Shown piece by piece: positions 1 to 9,329 of a DNA stretch of 29,194 bases. The notes under the pieces were generated by a model that saw only the letters and a list, made by a program, of their open reading frames with translations, was not told where the DNA came from and did not search any database. A program made the translations under genes and the position numbers. Source of the DNA: a virus (Duplodnaviria; Caudoviricetes); IMG/VR virus record IMGVR_UViG_3300046009_010636, positions 1 to 29,194 of that record. The stretch is one strand, 5' to 3'. Within the stretch, counting starts at the first letter, position 1. Each line of letters begins with the position of its first letter.

Positions 1-128
1 GACGAAAATGCTCGCCATGCTGTCGCTGGACGAGGAATTTCAAAACGAGCTGGCATGGCTGACGCTAGCAAAACGAGCTGCACCAGTGTTCGCAGGAACC
101 ATCGCGGCGCTCGATGCTGCAGCTGCTA
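1..128 (+). repeat. Terminal overlap, copy 1
   Basis: 1-128 matches 29067-29194 except position 2 (A) vs 29068 (G). Confidence 0.97.
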
Positions 129-181
129 ACAAGACCAGCGAGTTCGCGGTATTCGTAGACGAAAAAAAAGACTCGAGCTGA
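2..181 (+). CDS. Tail assembly chaperone (gpG-like), C-terminal part continued from 28825 across the junction
   Basis: Frame reads KMLAMLSLDEEFQNELAW...VFVDEKKDSS* with TGA at 179-181. It is in frame with the ATG at 28825 through the overlap and lies between tail tube and tape measure genes. Confidence 0.85.
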   Translation, partial: TKMLAMLSLDEEFQNELAWLTLAKRAAPVFAGTIAALDAAAANKTSEFAVFVDEKKDSS

Positions 182-336
182 ATCGCGACTTCGCCGCAAA
201 ATGCAGGGTCGCAGTTGATGTCTACGGTCAATGGTTCGACGACCTGGACTCACACCATCAGTTTCGCGTCCTGCAAATTCTGGCACTGAACGAGGTTCAG
301 CCGCCATCGCCACAACAAGTCATAATCGTAGGTTAG
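161..336 (+). CDS. -1 frameshift extension of tail chaperone (gpGT-like)
   Basis: Slippery GAA AAA AAA G at 161-170. The -1 frame is open for 55 codons (RLELNRDFAAK...QVIIVG) to TAG 334-336, one base before the TMP ATG, and has no ATG of its own. Confidence 0.85.
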
Positions 337-337
337 G

Positions 338-1885
338 ATGTCAAAAGTCACAGTCGAAATTGTCGAGTCGCAGTACGTCTTGAATTCCAAGGGTTTCGAG
401 GACGGCGCGAAAAAGGTCGCCGCGGCATCGGCTGACGCTGACAAGGCTGTCAAGAAATCAGGCGCATCGGCGCACTCAAGCGGTGGAATGCTCAAGAGAC
501 TCGGCGAAGGCGCGCAGCTGGTGACAGGGACCATCGGAGCAGCTGTCGGAGCTGTGGCTGCAATCGCTGTCCCATTGGTCCTCGGCGGAAAAGCGGCGCT
601 CGAGACGGCGACGCAGTTCGACACACTGCAGCGATCACTCACAGCCATCACAGGCAGTGGCGAGCGCACTGGTCAAATTCTTTCATTCATTGATAAGCTG
701 GCAATTCCGTCGGTGTTCGACACAGCGACGCTTGGCGAGTCGGCAAAGTTGCTCGAGGCATTCGGACTTAGCACCGAGCGATTCCTGCCGATTGCAGAGA
801 AATTGGGAACGGTTTTCGGCGGGAATGCGGAGTCGCTGAATTCATTCGTCGCGGCGCTCGGCTACATTAAGTCGGGTCGATTCGGCGAAGGTTTCGAGTC
901 GCTGGCAAGAGGTGGCATTTCCAGAGAGGCACTGGCTGCGCAGGGTCTGAAGTTCGACAAGGGCGGTAGTTTCCAAGGCACAGTCGACCAGGCACTGACT
1001 GCGATTGAGGTCGTCGTGAATGCCAAATTCGGGAAGCTGGCGGAGGAAATGGCGAGCGGTCCGATGGCAAAGCTGGCGTCGCTAGGCGACTCATTTAACA
1101 GGGTCATGCGCAGCATCGGTCTGGCACTGGTCGAGCCAGTTGTCGCTATCAGCACGACATTGGCTGGGGCGTTTGAAAACCTGAATGCAGTAAATGTTTT
1201 TGGCGAGGCGGTGAAGTCGTTCATGGGTTCAATCAAGGGAATTGGAATAGTTAGCATTGATGCCGAGGAATCAATTTTGAATCTCACTGGCAGTTTCGTC
1301 GCATTCGGTGTATTTATTAAAGGGTTTTCCGAAGGCATGGTAGCGTTTGGCGAGACATTGATTTCTATAGCAGATATGTTTCCAGGAATCTATCTGTTTC
1401 GACGGCAGTTAGGAAATGTTGCAAATGCTATAGGTTTAAGCCAAAATCTTGCCGAGGCATACGGCGGCGGCGAAGCAGAGCGATTCATCGGTGTAAAGCG
1501 ATTCGATTTAGAGCAGCGCAGAAAGAAACTGGCAGAGCAAGCTGCAGCTGGGGAAAACTTAGGGAAAACTGCTGAAGCACCGACAGGTGCTGTGACTCCA
1601 GGCGAGTCGGTCAAGGACCTGCTGAAAAACATCGCAGACAGCAGTGCAGGAACGAATGACAACACCAAGAAAATGGCGGACATAAACGACCGAGTCCTGG
1701 GCGGCGGAGGTCTGGCATCAAGAGGATTGAGCCGCGAGGAAATGCAAGGTTTAGCAGGCAGGCGGCGGTCTGGCACTCAGGAAATCAAGGCGCTGCTGGT
1801 GGATCTGGGTTATGCCATCGAGCGAAACATGGTGAATGTCTCAGCGAAAAACATCGGCTATAACGTCAGCAGGCGGGAAGTGTAA
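338..1885 (+). CDS. Tail tape measure protein
   Basis: 515 aa, Ala/Gly-rich and helical. Contains a tape-measure N-terminal-type segment (LAIPSVFDTATLGESAKLLEAFG) and hydrophobic stretches. Follows the chaperone frameshift. Confidence 0.9.
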   Translation: MSKVTVEIVESQYVLNSKGFEDGAKKVAAASADADKAVKKSGASAHSSGGMLKRLGEGAQLVTGTIGAAVGAVAAIAVPLVLGGKAALETATQFDTLQRSLTAITGSGERTGQILSFIDKLAIPSVFDTATLGESAKLLEAFGLSTERFLPIAEKLGTVFGGNAESLNSFVAALGYIKSGRFGEGFESLARGGISREALAAQGLKFDKGGSFQGTVDQALTAIEVVVNAKFGKLAEEMASGPMAKLASLGDSFNRVMRSIGLALVEPVVAISTTLAGAFENLNAVNVFGEAVKSFMGSIKGIGIVSIDAEESILNLTGSFVAFGVFIKGFSEGMVAFGETLISIADMFPGIYLFRRQLGNVANAIGLSQNLAEAYGGGEAERFIGVKRFDLEQRRKKLAEQAAAGENLGKTAEAPTGAVTPGESVKDLLKNIADSSAGTNDNTKKMADINDRVLGGGGLASRGLSREEMQGLAGRRRSGTQEIKALLVDLGYAIERNMVNVSAKNIGYNVSRREV

Positions 1886-4221
1886 TGCCACGACCAGAAT
1901 TCAGTTTCGATGTCGATGTCGAGCAGTGGCGGCAAAGTCAGGACCGAATCGGGTTTTCGGCAGCTGGTGACGATTTCAACACTGGTCAATTTTTCTCCGA
2001 TACGTTCATCGATCCGCTGACATCGACTTTAATGTTGCGACCACGACCATTCTACGCCGCATGGTACACGTCGAACACTGCGCCGTATGACAAACTCGGT
2101 CTGGCAGATTTCGGACTCGGATCGACATGGTCGGTGACAGACATCACTGGAGTCGGTGGCAGCAAATATCTGGAAGGTCCGACATCGGCAAAAGGCACGT
2201 CGGTCATCACGACTGCGACGTACGCCAAAAACACAGGTTTCTATGTCGGATTTTTCGGATACTCGGAGGGCAGTCGATACACACTGGCTGAATTCGGCTG
2301 GGACGCTGGGGGCAGTGTCACATCAAACACAGCATGCAGATTGTATTCCGATGGCGTCGTCGAGGTCTGGCGCGGCGGCATCAAAGTCGTCGAGGGTCAA
2401 GTGTCTGGTGCGAAGGGCAGCGCGACCATTCAAAACACACTCATTGAGCTGGTGCTGATTCCATGCCGCCATCGCGAGCTGCTGGTCCTGTCGACAGCTG
2501 GGAACGGTGTGCGTGCTATTTTCCCAGACATTCTGGATTCAGACACAAATCCAACCATCACACCATCAACGAAATTCTGGATCCGTATGAACGGCACGGT
2601 GAAATTCCAGGCTGCGCCATTAAAATTCGCGACGTCAGGCTATGCCAGCAGCCAGCTATATGATTTGGCGGAAGCACCAGCAGTAGCAGCTGTGCTGGAA
2701 ACGTACACGAATGCCAGCTGGGGTTCAGGCACTGCGATGATATACGGCGACCAGAGCTATCGGACAGGCAACAGCGATGCAGTCGTCGCATCGATTACCG
2801 AGACAGACGGCACGACGACATTTGTGCCAGACGGTGTCAAAACGCAAGTTAGAGTCAGAGCAGCCATGACTGGAAACGGTCTGTCGAGTCCAGTCGTCTA
2901 TGGGATTTCTGGCGGCTATAAAGCACTGTCGGCGAACACTGATGCGAGCGAATCGGCGAACCTGTCAACGTATTGGCAAAACATGTCATTCAGCGTCCCA
3001 GAGACTGGCGGTGCGACACTCAGGTGGGACCTGTTTGATCCGCTTGGCATCGGCATCACTGGTCTGCAGGACCACGCGAACAAGCCCACAAAGACCACAC
3101 TGGGGACGACGGTTTTCCACAACGGCATCACGGAGCCGATTGAGTGGATTGAGGGAACCACACCATCACTAGGTCGAGCCACACTGACAGCAAACAGCCA
3201 CATCACGCAGCTGCTGAAAACTTACATGTTCCGCGAGCGCATGGTTTTCGATGGCATGCTGATTTCTCACGCCAGCAGCGACTGCGTCATTAAACGGTTA
3301 GTCGAGCTGGTCGGCGGCAGCAGCGCGGACCTGGCACTGGAAACAGCCACAGTCAGAGCTGGCGACATCGCACCAGCACTGTGCGGTGATTTCAGTGAAA
3401 TTGCAGACATTGGCGAAAATGCATGGTCATACCTGTCGAGAGTCATGCAGGACTATCTAGGCGGCTGGTGGTATGGCGAATACCCACATGCAACCACACC
3501 GAAATTCACGACGAAGTCGCCAGCGACCATCAATGCTGCAGCATCGAAATTTACATTCTATGACACCATCGCGAATGCCATCGCAGGCGGGAAAGCAGCA
3601 GCCGAGGCATGGCGCTACGTCTACAGGCAGCAGCGTTATCACTACATAAACCCAGAGGCGAACGAAATCATCGTCACAGGCTTTGATCCGCGTCAGCAGC
3701 AGCCAGTCCAGGCAGTCAAGCGTGACACGTCGAGCATTGATCCAACGCTCGCGCCATCAGCCAGACCGACGAATTGGATAGGCGGACTGTCGAGACTAGG
3801 ATTGATAAACAAAGGTTTGGCGACGCAGGATCTGGTCGATTCGGCAGCTGGTCTGTTATACGACAGATGCAGTCCTGCGCGGCAGGTAAATGAGATTGAG
3901 GTCGAGCTTCCAGTCGTTTCTGATGTCACAGGTTTTCCAGTCTGGGTGTCCGACAAGGTGACACTCAATGGTGTCGACTTCATTGTCACCAGCATTCAGG
4001 GCGGCGTCGAAAAGGATCCGAACAGCGCAGCCAGCGACGACTGGATGTGGCGTCCATGCACATACGTTTTATCCAACATCGTCGGCTATTCAAACTCGGC
4101 ATCGTTCGACGAGATCGTCGCATTCGGGACCATGAACGGGGTCAGGACAGCGCTCGCGCGTCGAGGATTCATTGAAGGGTCAATTACGCGAATGCCGATT
4201 TACACGCGGAATGTGTTATGA
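1885..4221 (+). CDS. Tail tip protein (probable distal tail/hub-type)
   Basis: 778 aa, beta-rich. TAATG coupling to TMP. Position immediately after TMP. The specific family is not recognised. Confidence 0.65.
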   Translation: MPRPEFSFDVDVEQWRQSQDRIGFSAAGDDFNTGQFFSDTFIDPLTSTLMLRPRPFYAAWYTSNTAPYDKLGLADFGLGSTWSVTDITGVGGSKYLEGPTSAKGTSVITTATYAKNTGFYVGFFGYSEGSRYTLAEFGWDAGGSVTSNTACRLYSDGVVEVWRGGIKVVEGQVSGAKGSATIQNTLIELVLIPCRHRELLVLSTAGNGVRAIFPDILDSDTNPTITPSTKFWIRMNGTVKFQAAPLKFATSGYASSQLYDLAEAPAVAAVLETYTNASWGSGTAMIYGDQSYRTGNSDAVVASITETDGTTTFVPDGVKTQVRVRAAMTGNGLSSPVVYGISGGYKALSANTDASESANLSTYWQNMSFSVPETGGATLRWDLFDPLGIGITGLQDHANKPTKTTLGTTVFHNGITEPIEWIEGTTPSLGRATLTANSHITQLLKTYMFRERMVFDGMLISHASSDCVIKRLVELVGGSSADLALETATVRAGDIAPALCGDFSEIADIGENAWSYLSRVMQDYLGGWWYGEYPHATTPKFTTKSPATINAAASKFTFYDTIANAIAGGKAAAEAWRYVYRQQRYHYINPEANEIIVTGFDPRQQQPVQAVKRDTSSIDPTLAPSARPTNWIGGLSRLGLINKGLATQDLVDSAAGLLYDRCSPARQVNEIEVELPVVSDVTGFPVWVSDKVTLNGVDFIVTSIQGGVEKDPNSAASDDWMWRPCTYVLSNIVGYSNSASFDEIVAFGTMNGVRTALARRGFIEGSITRMPIYTRNVL

Positions 4222-4418
4222 CAGATATTTTGATAAGCATTGGCGGCGAAGGCGAGTGGGTCGAGCTGGATCTGAAAATCATTGGCTGCGATTGCAGACG
4301 TGACGACTTCATTTTCGCGCTGGTGAAATTCGCGAATCAGTGGAAAGCTGTTGCCGACGCAGCTGCGCCGACATCGACTAAGGCAGTGAAACCATGCGGG
4401 TGTGGCGATGCCAAATAA
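4218..4418 (+). CDS. Small Cys-containing hypothetical protein in tail module
   Basis: 66 aa. ATGA overlap with the upstream gene and overlap with the downstream start. GCDC and PCGC motifs. Confidence 0.7.
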   Translation: MTDILISIGGEGEWVELDLKIIGCDCRRDDFIFALVKFANQWKAVADAAAPTSTKAVKPCGCGDAK

Positions 4419-7400
4419 CGGACTTATTTTTGCGACCGATGCGATTGAATATAAACTGGAGTCGACGGTTTCAGCGACAGGCGCAGGCAGTGGGACACTG
4501 GCAAAATCGCACACTGCGAACGCGCAGACGCAGTATGTGCCGAATGCGATAAACGTCAATACGGGCATCTACCTGGAGGTGTCATCGAGCGATGATGGTG
4601 CAGGGACAGTCGCATGGCAAGCGAAATACGATGGTCCTGGTGCGCCATTTGGCGGCTATATTGTCGGTGCTGCAGCGTACCTGTCTACGGTCAGCATCAC
4701 GGTCAGAGCGACTGGTGTCAAAATCTACTGCAAGCTGACAGGGTCGCTATTCAGGACAGTCTGGAACAGCCTGATGGTTTTCGTGAACGGCACACTCCAG
4801 ACGACACTGACAGGTGTCGATGTCACATCAAATGGTGTCGGTCCGAACTATATCGACTACATCGGAACACCATTGTATGCCACAGGCAGCTGCAGCGCAG
4901 CCAAGGTTTACACACCATCGGTGTACGATCCATGCGATCCAGCAGCTATGGAATATGTGACCGAGGCGGAGGCGAACCAGACTATCACTGCTGGCTGGCG
5001 ATTTCAAGACGAGACGAATGCATGGACGACACTGCCGTGCGCAGTCTGGACAGCGAGCATTCCGACGTCTGGCAGCTGTCCCTATAACCTGAGTTTCGGC
5101 AGCGAAATCTCGGTCGCAGACACCGACAGCATTATCATTTCGACAAGGTCCTATAGCAAGACAGAGCGAACCTATGACGGGAGGCGCGCACTGATGCAGC
5201 GAGTCATTGGCGAGTGTGTCGGGGAGGGCGGCGGGACCATCGTTTATGACGAAATCGTGCAGGGTTACTGTCTCGATCCATGCACCGACGAATACGATGA
5301 CGGCTACATCGACGCGTATTATGTCGAAAGCTGGAGCGAAAGCCACGGCGGCGCAGCCAGAGCGATACCAAATCTCGAGCGCGCCATTGTCAGGTGGAAC
5401 ACAGATTACAAGGCACTCTGGCGACGTTTTGATTTCCCAGAGGTCAGAGGGTCGGCGACGAGAAACTGCACAGTCGGTGCGGTCACAGTGAACACTGGCG
5501 GGTCGCAGGTCGTGTACGCGGATCTTGGACCTGATTTTCTGGAGGTCGTGACGAATGCGACATCTGACGTCGAGGACGCATTCCCGAACACCATTTACAC
5601 TCAGGCAAATTGGAGCAAGGGGAAAAGCTACAGCAAGACCTGGAGCTACGAGGGATACACGGTCTGTCTCTGTCCGCCGCCTTCGGTGCCGATTCCGAGC
5701 TGTCCAGAGGGCGAGGTGCTGTCCTGGACCTGCACCAACATTGCGCCGACCGATACGAATCTAAACGAGTCGGAGGGCATCGCCATCACATTTCCATCGA
5801 GTGTCGACACGCTGGCTGGCTATCAGGGTCACGCCGACATGCTGATGCGCTATACAGGGTCGTGGGTGAATCCACACTGGAACATCGCGTATCACAGGGA
5901 CGACTGGGACGTCGACTCAGCATCGCAGCCATGGGAGGATTACTGGGGACCTATAAAAGAGCAGTGGCTATACAACGCCGCGCTGCCATCAAATCCGAGG
6001 ACCAGGAACAGCCAGATTTCCTCGGTGCTAGAAATTGACAACGGGAATCAGCCATTCCTCGATGCGTTTTTCGGTGGCTTCAGGTGGATAGGCAGCAGCA
6101 GATTTAAGGTGCTGACCATGACGCAGCCGAGCGCCATCACACTCTCGACCACCAGACCAGGCGTCTGGACTGCGAACGACTGCACAGTGACACTCGGGTC
6201 GAACATCGTTGTCACAGGTTTCACAGGTTCGAACACTTACATCGAGCTAGACATGGCGCAGTGGACGGCAGATCCGTTCATGCTGCTGACCAAAGCAAAG
6301 CAGGTCATTCTGGCATGGTCCACGACGAACGTCTCGAGAATCGAGGTTTCATTCTATGGTCAGGACAATGCCACAAATTACATTGCATCCGCGCCAGGAA
6401 CGTACGACTTGCCGACAGGAATTCAGCTGAAATACTCTGGCACATGGGCGATTGATAACGGGTATTCAATTATCAGCGCCATCACAGACACAGGTGTCGA
6501 CCAGCTGGCGTCTGGTGTCAGCAGCGCGTATATGTCGAATCCAGAGACGGTCGTCGGGTTTCAGCTGGGGAAAGGTCGCCAGTTCGCGAAATTAAGATTC
6601 AGAATTACGCCGACGAATCCTGCGAATCCTGTCACCATCAATTTTCCGACGTTCAATCTTGAGGCGACACATCCGCTGGTCTACTGGGAAAACAGCAGGG
6701 CGGCATCCATGCTGTGGGCGGATGGACCGAACCATCGCTGGGGGAATCTGACCTGGTATTCGCCGATTCTGGGTTTCCAGGATCCGCCTCTAGTCACAGG
6801 TATGGGAACACCGAATACCATCGTCGACGCGCTGGCATTCAAATACCGAGTGGTGCAGGGAAATGGCGGCGCATCACTGGCATCGACCATCACGACGGAC
6901 CTGTCAAGTCTTTACGATTCATACGAAGGTCAGTCAATCGCAGTCGCCGACAAATTCTCAAATTCATACGTCCTGCCGAAAGGCACGAACGACGATTTCA
7001 GGCTGGCGCTGATTAACTCATTCAGCGAGATTCCGCCGCTGGCAGCATTCCCATATAAAAAGAGACTGACGACCGACTGGTCAGCCACAGGCAGCTACGC
7101 GCAGGTCGTGTACGACCATGTTCAAGATGGTCGATACCTGATTTCCAACGCGTCCGCCGCAGCCAAACTCCAGACACCAGCAGCTGTGGATTCAGGTTCT
7201 GCTGTCGCTGTGCCACCGACTGGATGGTACATCTGGCAATTCAACCCAGTTTTGGATAACACAGAAACCGATTGGCGAATTGTCTCGAGCGGCGACATCT
7301 ATGCCAAGGCGCGACCATGGCACGGATGGTTTTGTCTGCTAAGGTCCGCCAGATGCAGACTCTCACTGGACATCGACTTCGCATCGAACGTGCATGCCGC

Positions 7401-7896
7401 CGCCTATGTGGACAACTCAGGAAACGTCCTGATCCGAAAGTCTGACAATGGTCTGACGTTTTCCACAGTAAACACGCTGGCACTGTCTGCGACGAGCTGC
7501 GCCATCAGAATTGATCGCCAGTCAACAGATCAGAAAATTTACCTAGTCGTCGAAATCAACAAGTCAATCAAGCTGTATTCAGCAGCTGCGTTAAACGAAA
7601 CATTTACACTTATGAGAACAATCGCAAACGGCGTTAAGCCGACATTCATCATCGGACGCGACGGAAATCGCTACATCTATTGGATCGATGGCGCATCCAT
7701 CAAGGGTCAAATAACAGACCGAGCAGACACGGTGCTGCAGGCATCACTGACAGTGGTCGCATCTGGCGTCGACGACGAATGCATCGCGGTCGATGAGGAT
7801 GTCACAAACGGTGGAAATCGGCGGCTGGTGCTGCTCGATGTCGAAAGCGGCAGCCTGACGCAGCGCACATCGGATGATGGCATCACGTTCAGCTGA
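4408..7896 (+). CDS. Large virion tail protein (central fibre/receptor-binding candidate)
   Basis: ~1162 aa, Thr/Ser/Trp/Tyr-rich. Cys-rich N-terminal third. The C-terminal part has Asp-box-like SDNGLTF and SDDGITF motifs. ATG 4408 preferred over GTG 4402. Confidence 0.7.
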   Translation: MPNNGLIFATDAIEYKLESTVSATGAGSGTLAKSHTANAQTQYVPNAINVNTGIYLEVSSSDDGAGTVAWQAKYDGPGAPFGGYIVGAAAYLSTVSITVRATGVKIYCKLTGSLFRTVWNSLMVFVNGTLQTTLTGVDVTSNGVGPNYIDYIGTPLYATGSCSAAKVYTPSVYDPCDPAAMEYVTEAEANQTITAGWRFQDETNAWTTLPCAVWTASIPTSGSCPYNLSFGSEISVADTDSIIISTRSYSKTERTYDGRRALMQRVIGECVGEGGGTIVYDEIVQGYCLDPCTDEYDDGYIDAYYVESWSESHGGAARAIPNLERAIVRWNTDYKALWRRFDFPEVRGSATRNCTVGAVTVNTGGSQVVYADLGPDFLEVVTNATSDVEDAFPNTIYTQANWSKGKSYSKTWSYEGYTVCLCPPPSVPIPSCPEGEVLSWTCTNIAPTDTNLNESEGIAITFPSSVDTLAGYQGHADMLMRYTGSWVNPHWNIAYHRDDWDVDSASQPWEDYWGPIKEQWLYNAALPSNPRTRNSQISSVLEIDNGNQPFLDAFFGGFRWIGSSRFKVLTMTQPSAITLSTTRPGVWTANDCTVTLGSNIVVTGFTGSNTYIELDMAQWTADPFMLLTKAKQVILAWSTTNVSRIEVSFYGQDNATNYIASAPGTYDLPTGIQLKYSGTWAIDNGYSIISAITDTGVDQLASGVSSAYMSNPETVVGFQLGKGRQFAKLRFRITPTNPANPVTINFPTFNLEATHPLVYWENSRAASMLWADGPNHRWGNLTWYSPILGFQDPPLVTGMGTPNTIVDALAFKYRVVQGNGGASLASTITTDLSSLYDSYEGQSIAVADKFSNSYVLPKGTNDDFRLALINSFSEIPPLAAFPYKKRLTTDWSATGSYAQVVYDHVQDGRYLISNASAAAKLQTPAAVDSGSAVAVPPTGWYIWQFNPVLDNTETDWRIVSSGDIYAKARPWHGWFCLLRSARCRLSLDIDFASNVHAAAYVDNSGNVLIRKSDNGLTFSTVNTLALSATSCAIRIDRQSTDQKIYLVVEINKSIKLYSAAALNETFTLMRTIANGVKPTFIIGRDGNRYIYWIDGASIKGQITDRADTVLQASLTVVASGVDDECIAVDEDVTNGGNRRLVLLDVESGSLTQRTSDDGITFS

Positions 7897-7899
7897 TAG

Positions 7900-7958
7900 C
7901 AACTATTCGGAATTTCCGAATAGTTGAGCATTGAGTTGTCTGGAATTTCCAGATAACT
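7900..7958. repeat. Two tandem palindromes sharing core GGAATTTCC
   Basis: 7900-7926 CAACTATTCGGAA-T-TTCCGAATAGTTG has perfect 13-bp arms. 7934-7958 AGTTGTCTGGAA-T-TTCCAGATAACT has 12-bp arms with one G/T mismatch. Confidence 0.95.
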
Positions 7959-7991
7959 GACACCATGAACTAGCAGGTGTAAACTGAAACC

Positions 7992-8456
7992 ATGGCAGCA
8001 GTCGACAAATCAATCACAGCGCAGTTTTCACAGCTGCAGCAGACCGTGACACCAGTGTCTGTGAACGAGGGTGTCTGGACACCGATTTTGTCGTCGACTG
8101 GTGGCGACCTAAATTTCACGGTGACTCAACAGGTCGGTTATTATCAGAAAATCCAAAATGTGGTCCACATCAATTTTATCATGAGCTGCCAGAGCAAGCA
8201 GTCAGATGCATCAAGCGGGAATCTGCTGGTCCGAGGTCTGCCGTTTCCAGTCGTGTCAGATTTCGCGAACACGATTCCATGCGCTGCAGGGATGGCGCAT
8301 TCGGTCACGGATTCAGTCGACAAAATCGTCGCATGGTCGCCAGGCAGCGCGCTGCGGCTGATTCACAATCATTCATTCGTACAGGTCAACGTCGTCGGCA
8401 GTGGCAGCAACTTCGACCTGGTCGGCAGCCTGACATATTTCACTACAGAGTTATAA
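7992..8456 (+). CDS. Tail fibre/receptor-binding head-domain protein (paralog 1)
   Basis: 154 aa with an EGxWTP...GYYQKI.NVV...GLPF pattern typical of phage fibre C-terminal domains. Paralogous to 8808-9329. Confidence 0.65.
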   Translation: MAAVDKSITAQFSQLQQTVTPVSVNEGVWTPILSSTGGDLNFTVTQQVGYYQKIQNVVHINFIMSCQSKQSDASSGNLLVRGLPFPVVSDFANTIPCAAGMAHSVTDSVDKIVAWSPGSALRLIHNHSFVQVNVVGSGSNFDLVGSLTYFTTEL

Positions 8457-8484
8457 GGATTCATAATTAACACAGAGAGCAGCC

Positions 8485-8808
8485 ATGGCATACAATAACG
8501 TTCAGAAAAGAATTTCAGTCACAGTCGATTCGACCACACCAGTCAAATTGTTCGACACTAACACTGCCACACGCATCGGCTGGCGAGTCGTCGTGCCGAC
8601 AACTGTCACAGCTGGCGTCGGCGTCCGCATTCAGGTACAGACAGCAGGATCCGCAGCGCCGACTAAGGCGGACATGCTGGTCGGATGTTCTGCCAGAGCT
8701 GAAGCTGGCGCACTGCTGACCGACGCGGCATCGGCATCGCTTGACATCTGGGCAGTCATGGAAAGTGGCGCCAGCGTGACACTCAAGGCAGAGGAAATTC
8801 TAAGCTGA
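8485..8808 (+). CDS. Hypothetical protein, probably virion-associated
   Basis: 107 aa, beta-rich. Lies in the fibre cassette with TGATG coupling to the next gene. Confidence 0.7.
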   Translation: MAYNNVQKRISVTVDSTTPVKLFDTNTATRIGWRVVVPTTVTAGVGVRIQVQTAGSAAPTKADMLVGCSARAEAGALLTDAASASLDIWAVMESGASVTLKAEEILS

Positions 8809-9329
8809 TGCAACTACTCGACTCGACAGATGTTCAGTACACATGGCAGCCTGCTGGTGTAAATCAGGCGAATACATTTCCGTCGCTGCAGACATTTTCT
8901 GCAGGTGTGAAATTCGGTGGTGGCACATCGACACTCAACTATTTTGAGGAAGGTCCATGGACACCAGCATTCACAGGCACTGGCGTGACGGTGACGTACA
9001 CATCGAGGACAGGTAGCTATCAGCGCATCGGAAACTATGTGTTTTTGAATGCGACCATCGTCATCGCGACATCAACCACAACGGGTGCGAAAGTTACGGT
9101 CACAGGTCTGCCGTTCGCGCCATTGGGCGGCGAGGTTTACAGTGGCAGCGGGTTCTTGGGTGGCGCTAGCAACACTCGGGGGACACTCACAACTGGTTAC
9201 AACAACGCATTCAGAGTTTCGTTGATCGCGAACACGACGTCGGACGGCGAATTCACAGATACGATTCTGAACACGATTGCGACGAACGCGTACACGATCA
9301 GCATCAATCTGAGCTATAAGGTGGCATGA
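8808..9329 (+). CDS. Tail fibre/receptor-binding head-domain protein (paralog 2)
   Basis: 173 aa with EEGPWTP...GSYQRIGNYV...VTGLPF pattern. Confidence 0.65.
   Translation: MQLLDSTDVQYTWQPAGVNQANTFPSLQTFSAGVKFGGGTSTLNYFEEGPWTPAFTGTGVTVTYTSRTGSYQRIGNYVFLNATIVIATSTTTGAKVTVTGLPFAPLGGEVYSGSGFLGGASNTRGTLTTGYNNAFRVSLIANTTSDGEFTDTILNTIATNAYTISINLSYKVA

Noticed and set aside
1-128. 128-bp terminal repeat as a physical direct terminal repeat
   Set aside because: It falls mid-gene and its length is close to a common assembler k-mer (127). It is best explained as circular assembly overlap, and the mismatch at base 2 is probably an edge error or strain variant.
7900-7958. Protelomerase telRL site or integron attC
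   Set aside because: No tyrosine recombinase or protelomerase gene was seen. The palindromes are odd-centred and short, and the RYYYAAC partner for GTTGAGC is missing.
7992-9329. Diversity-generating retroelement (TR/VR pair)
   Set aside because: No reverse transcriptase is present, and the paralogues differ broadly rather than only at adenines.
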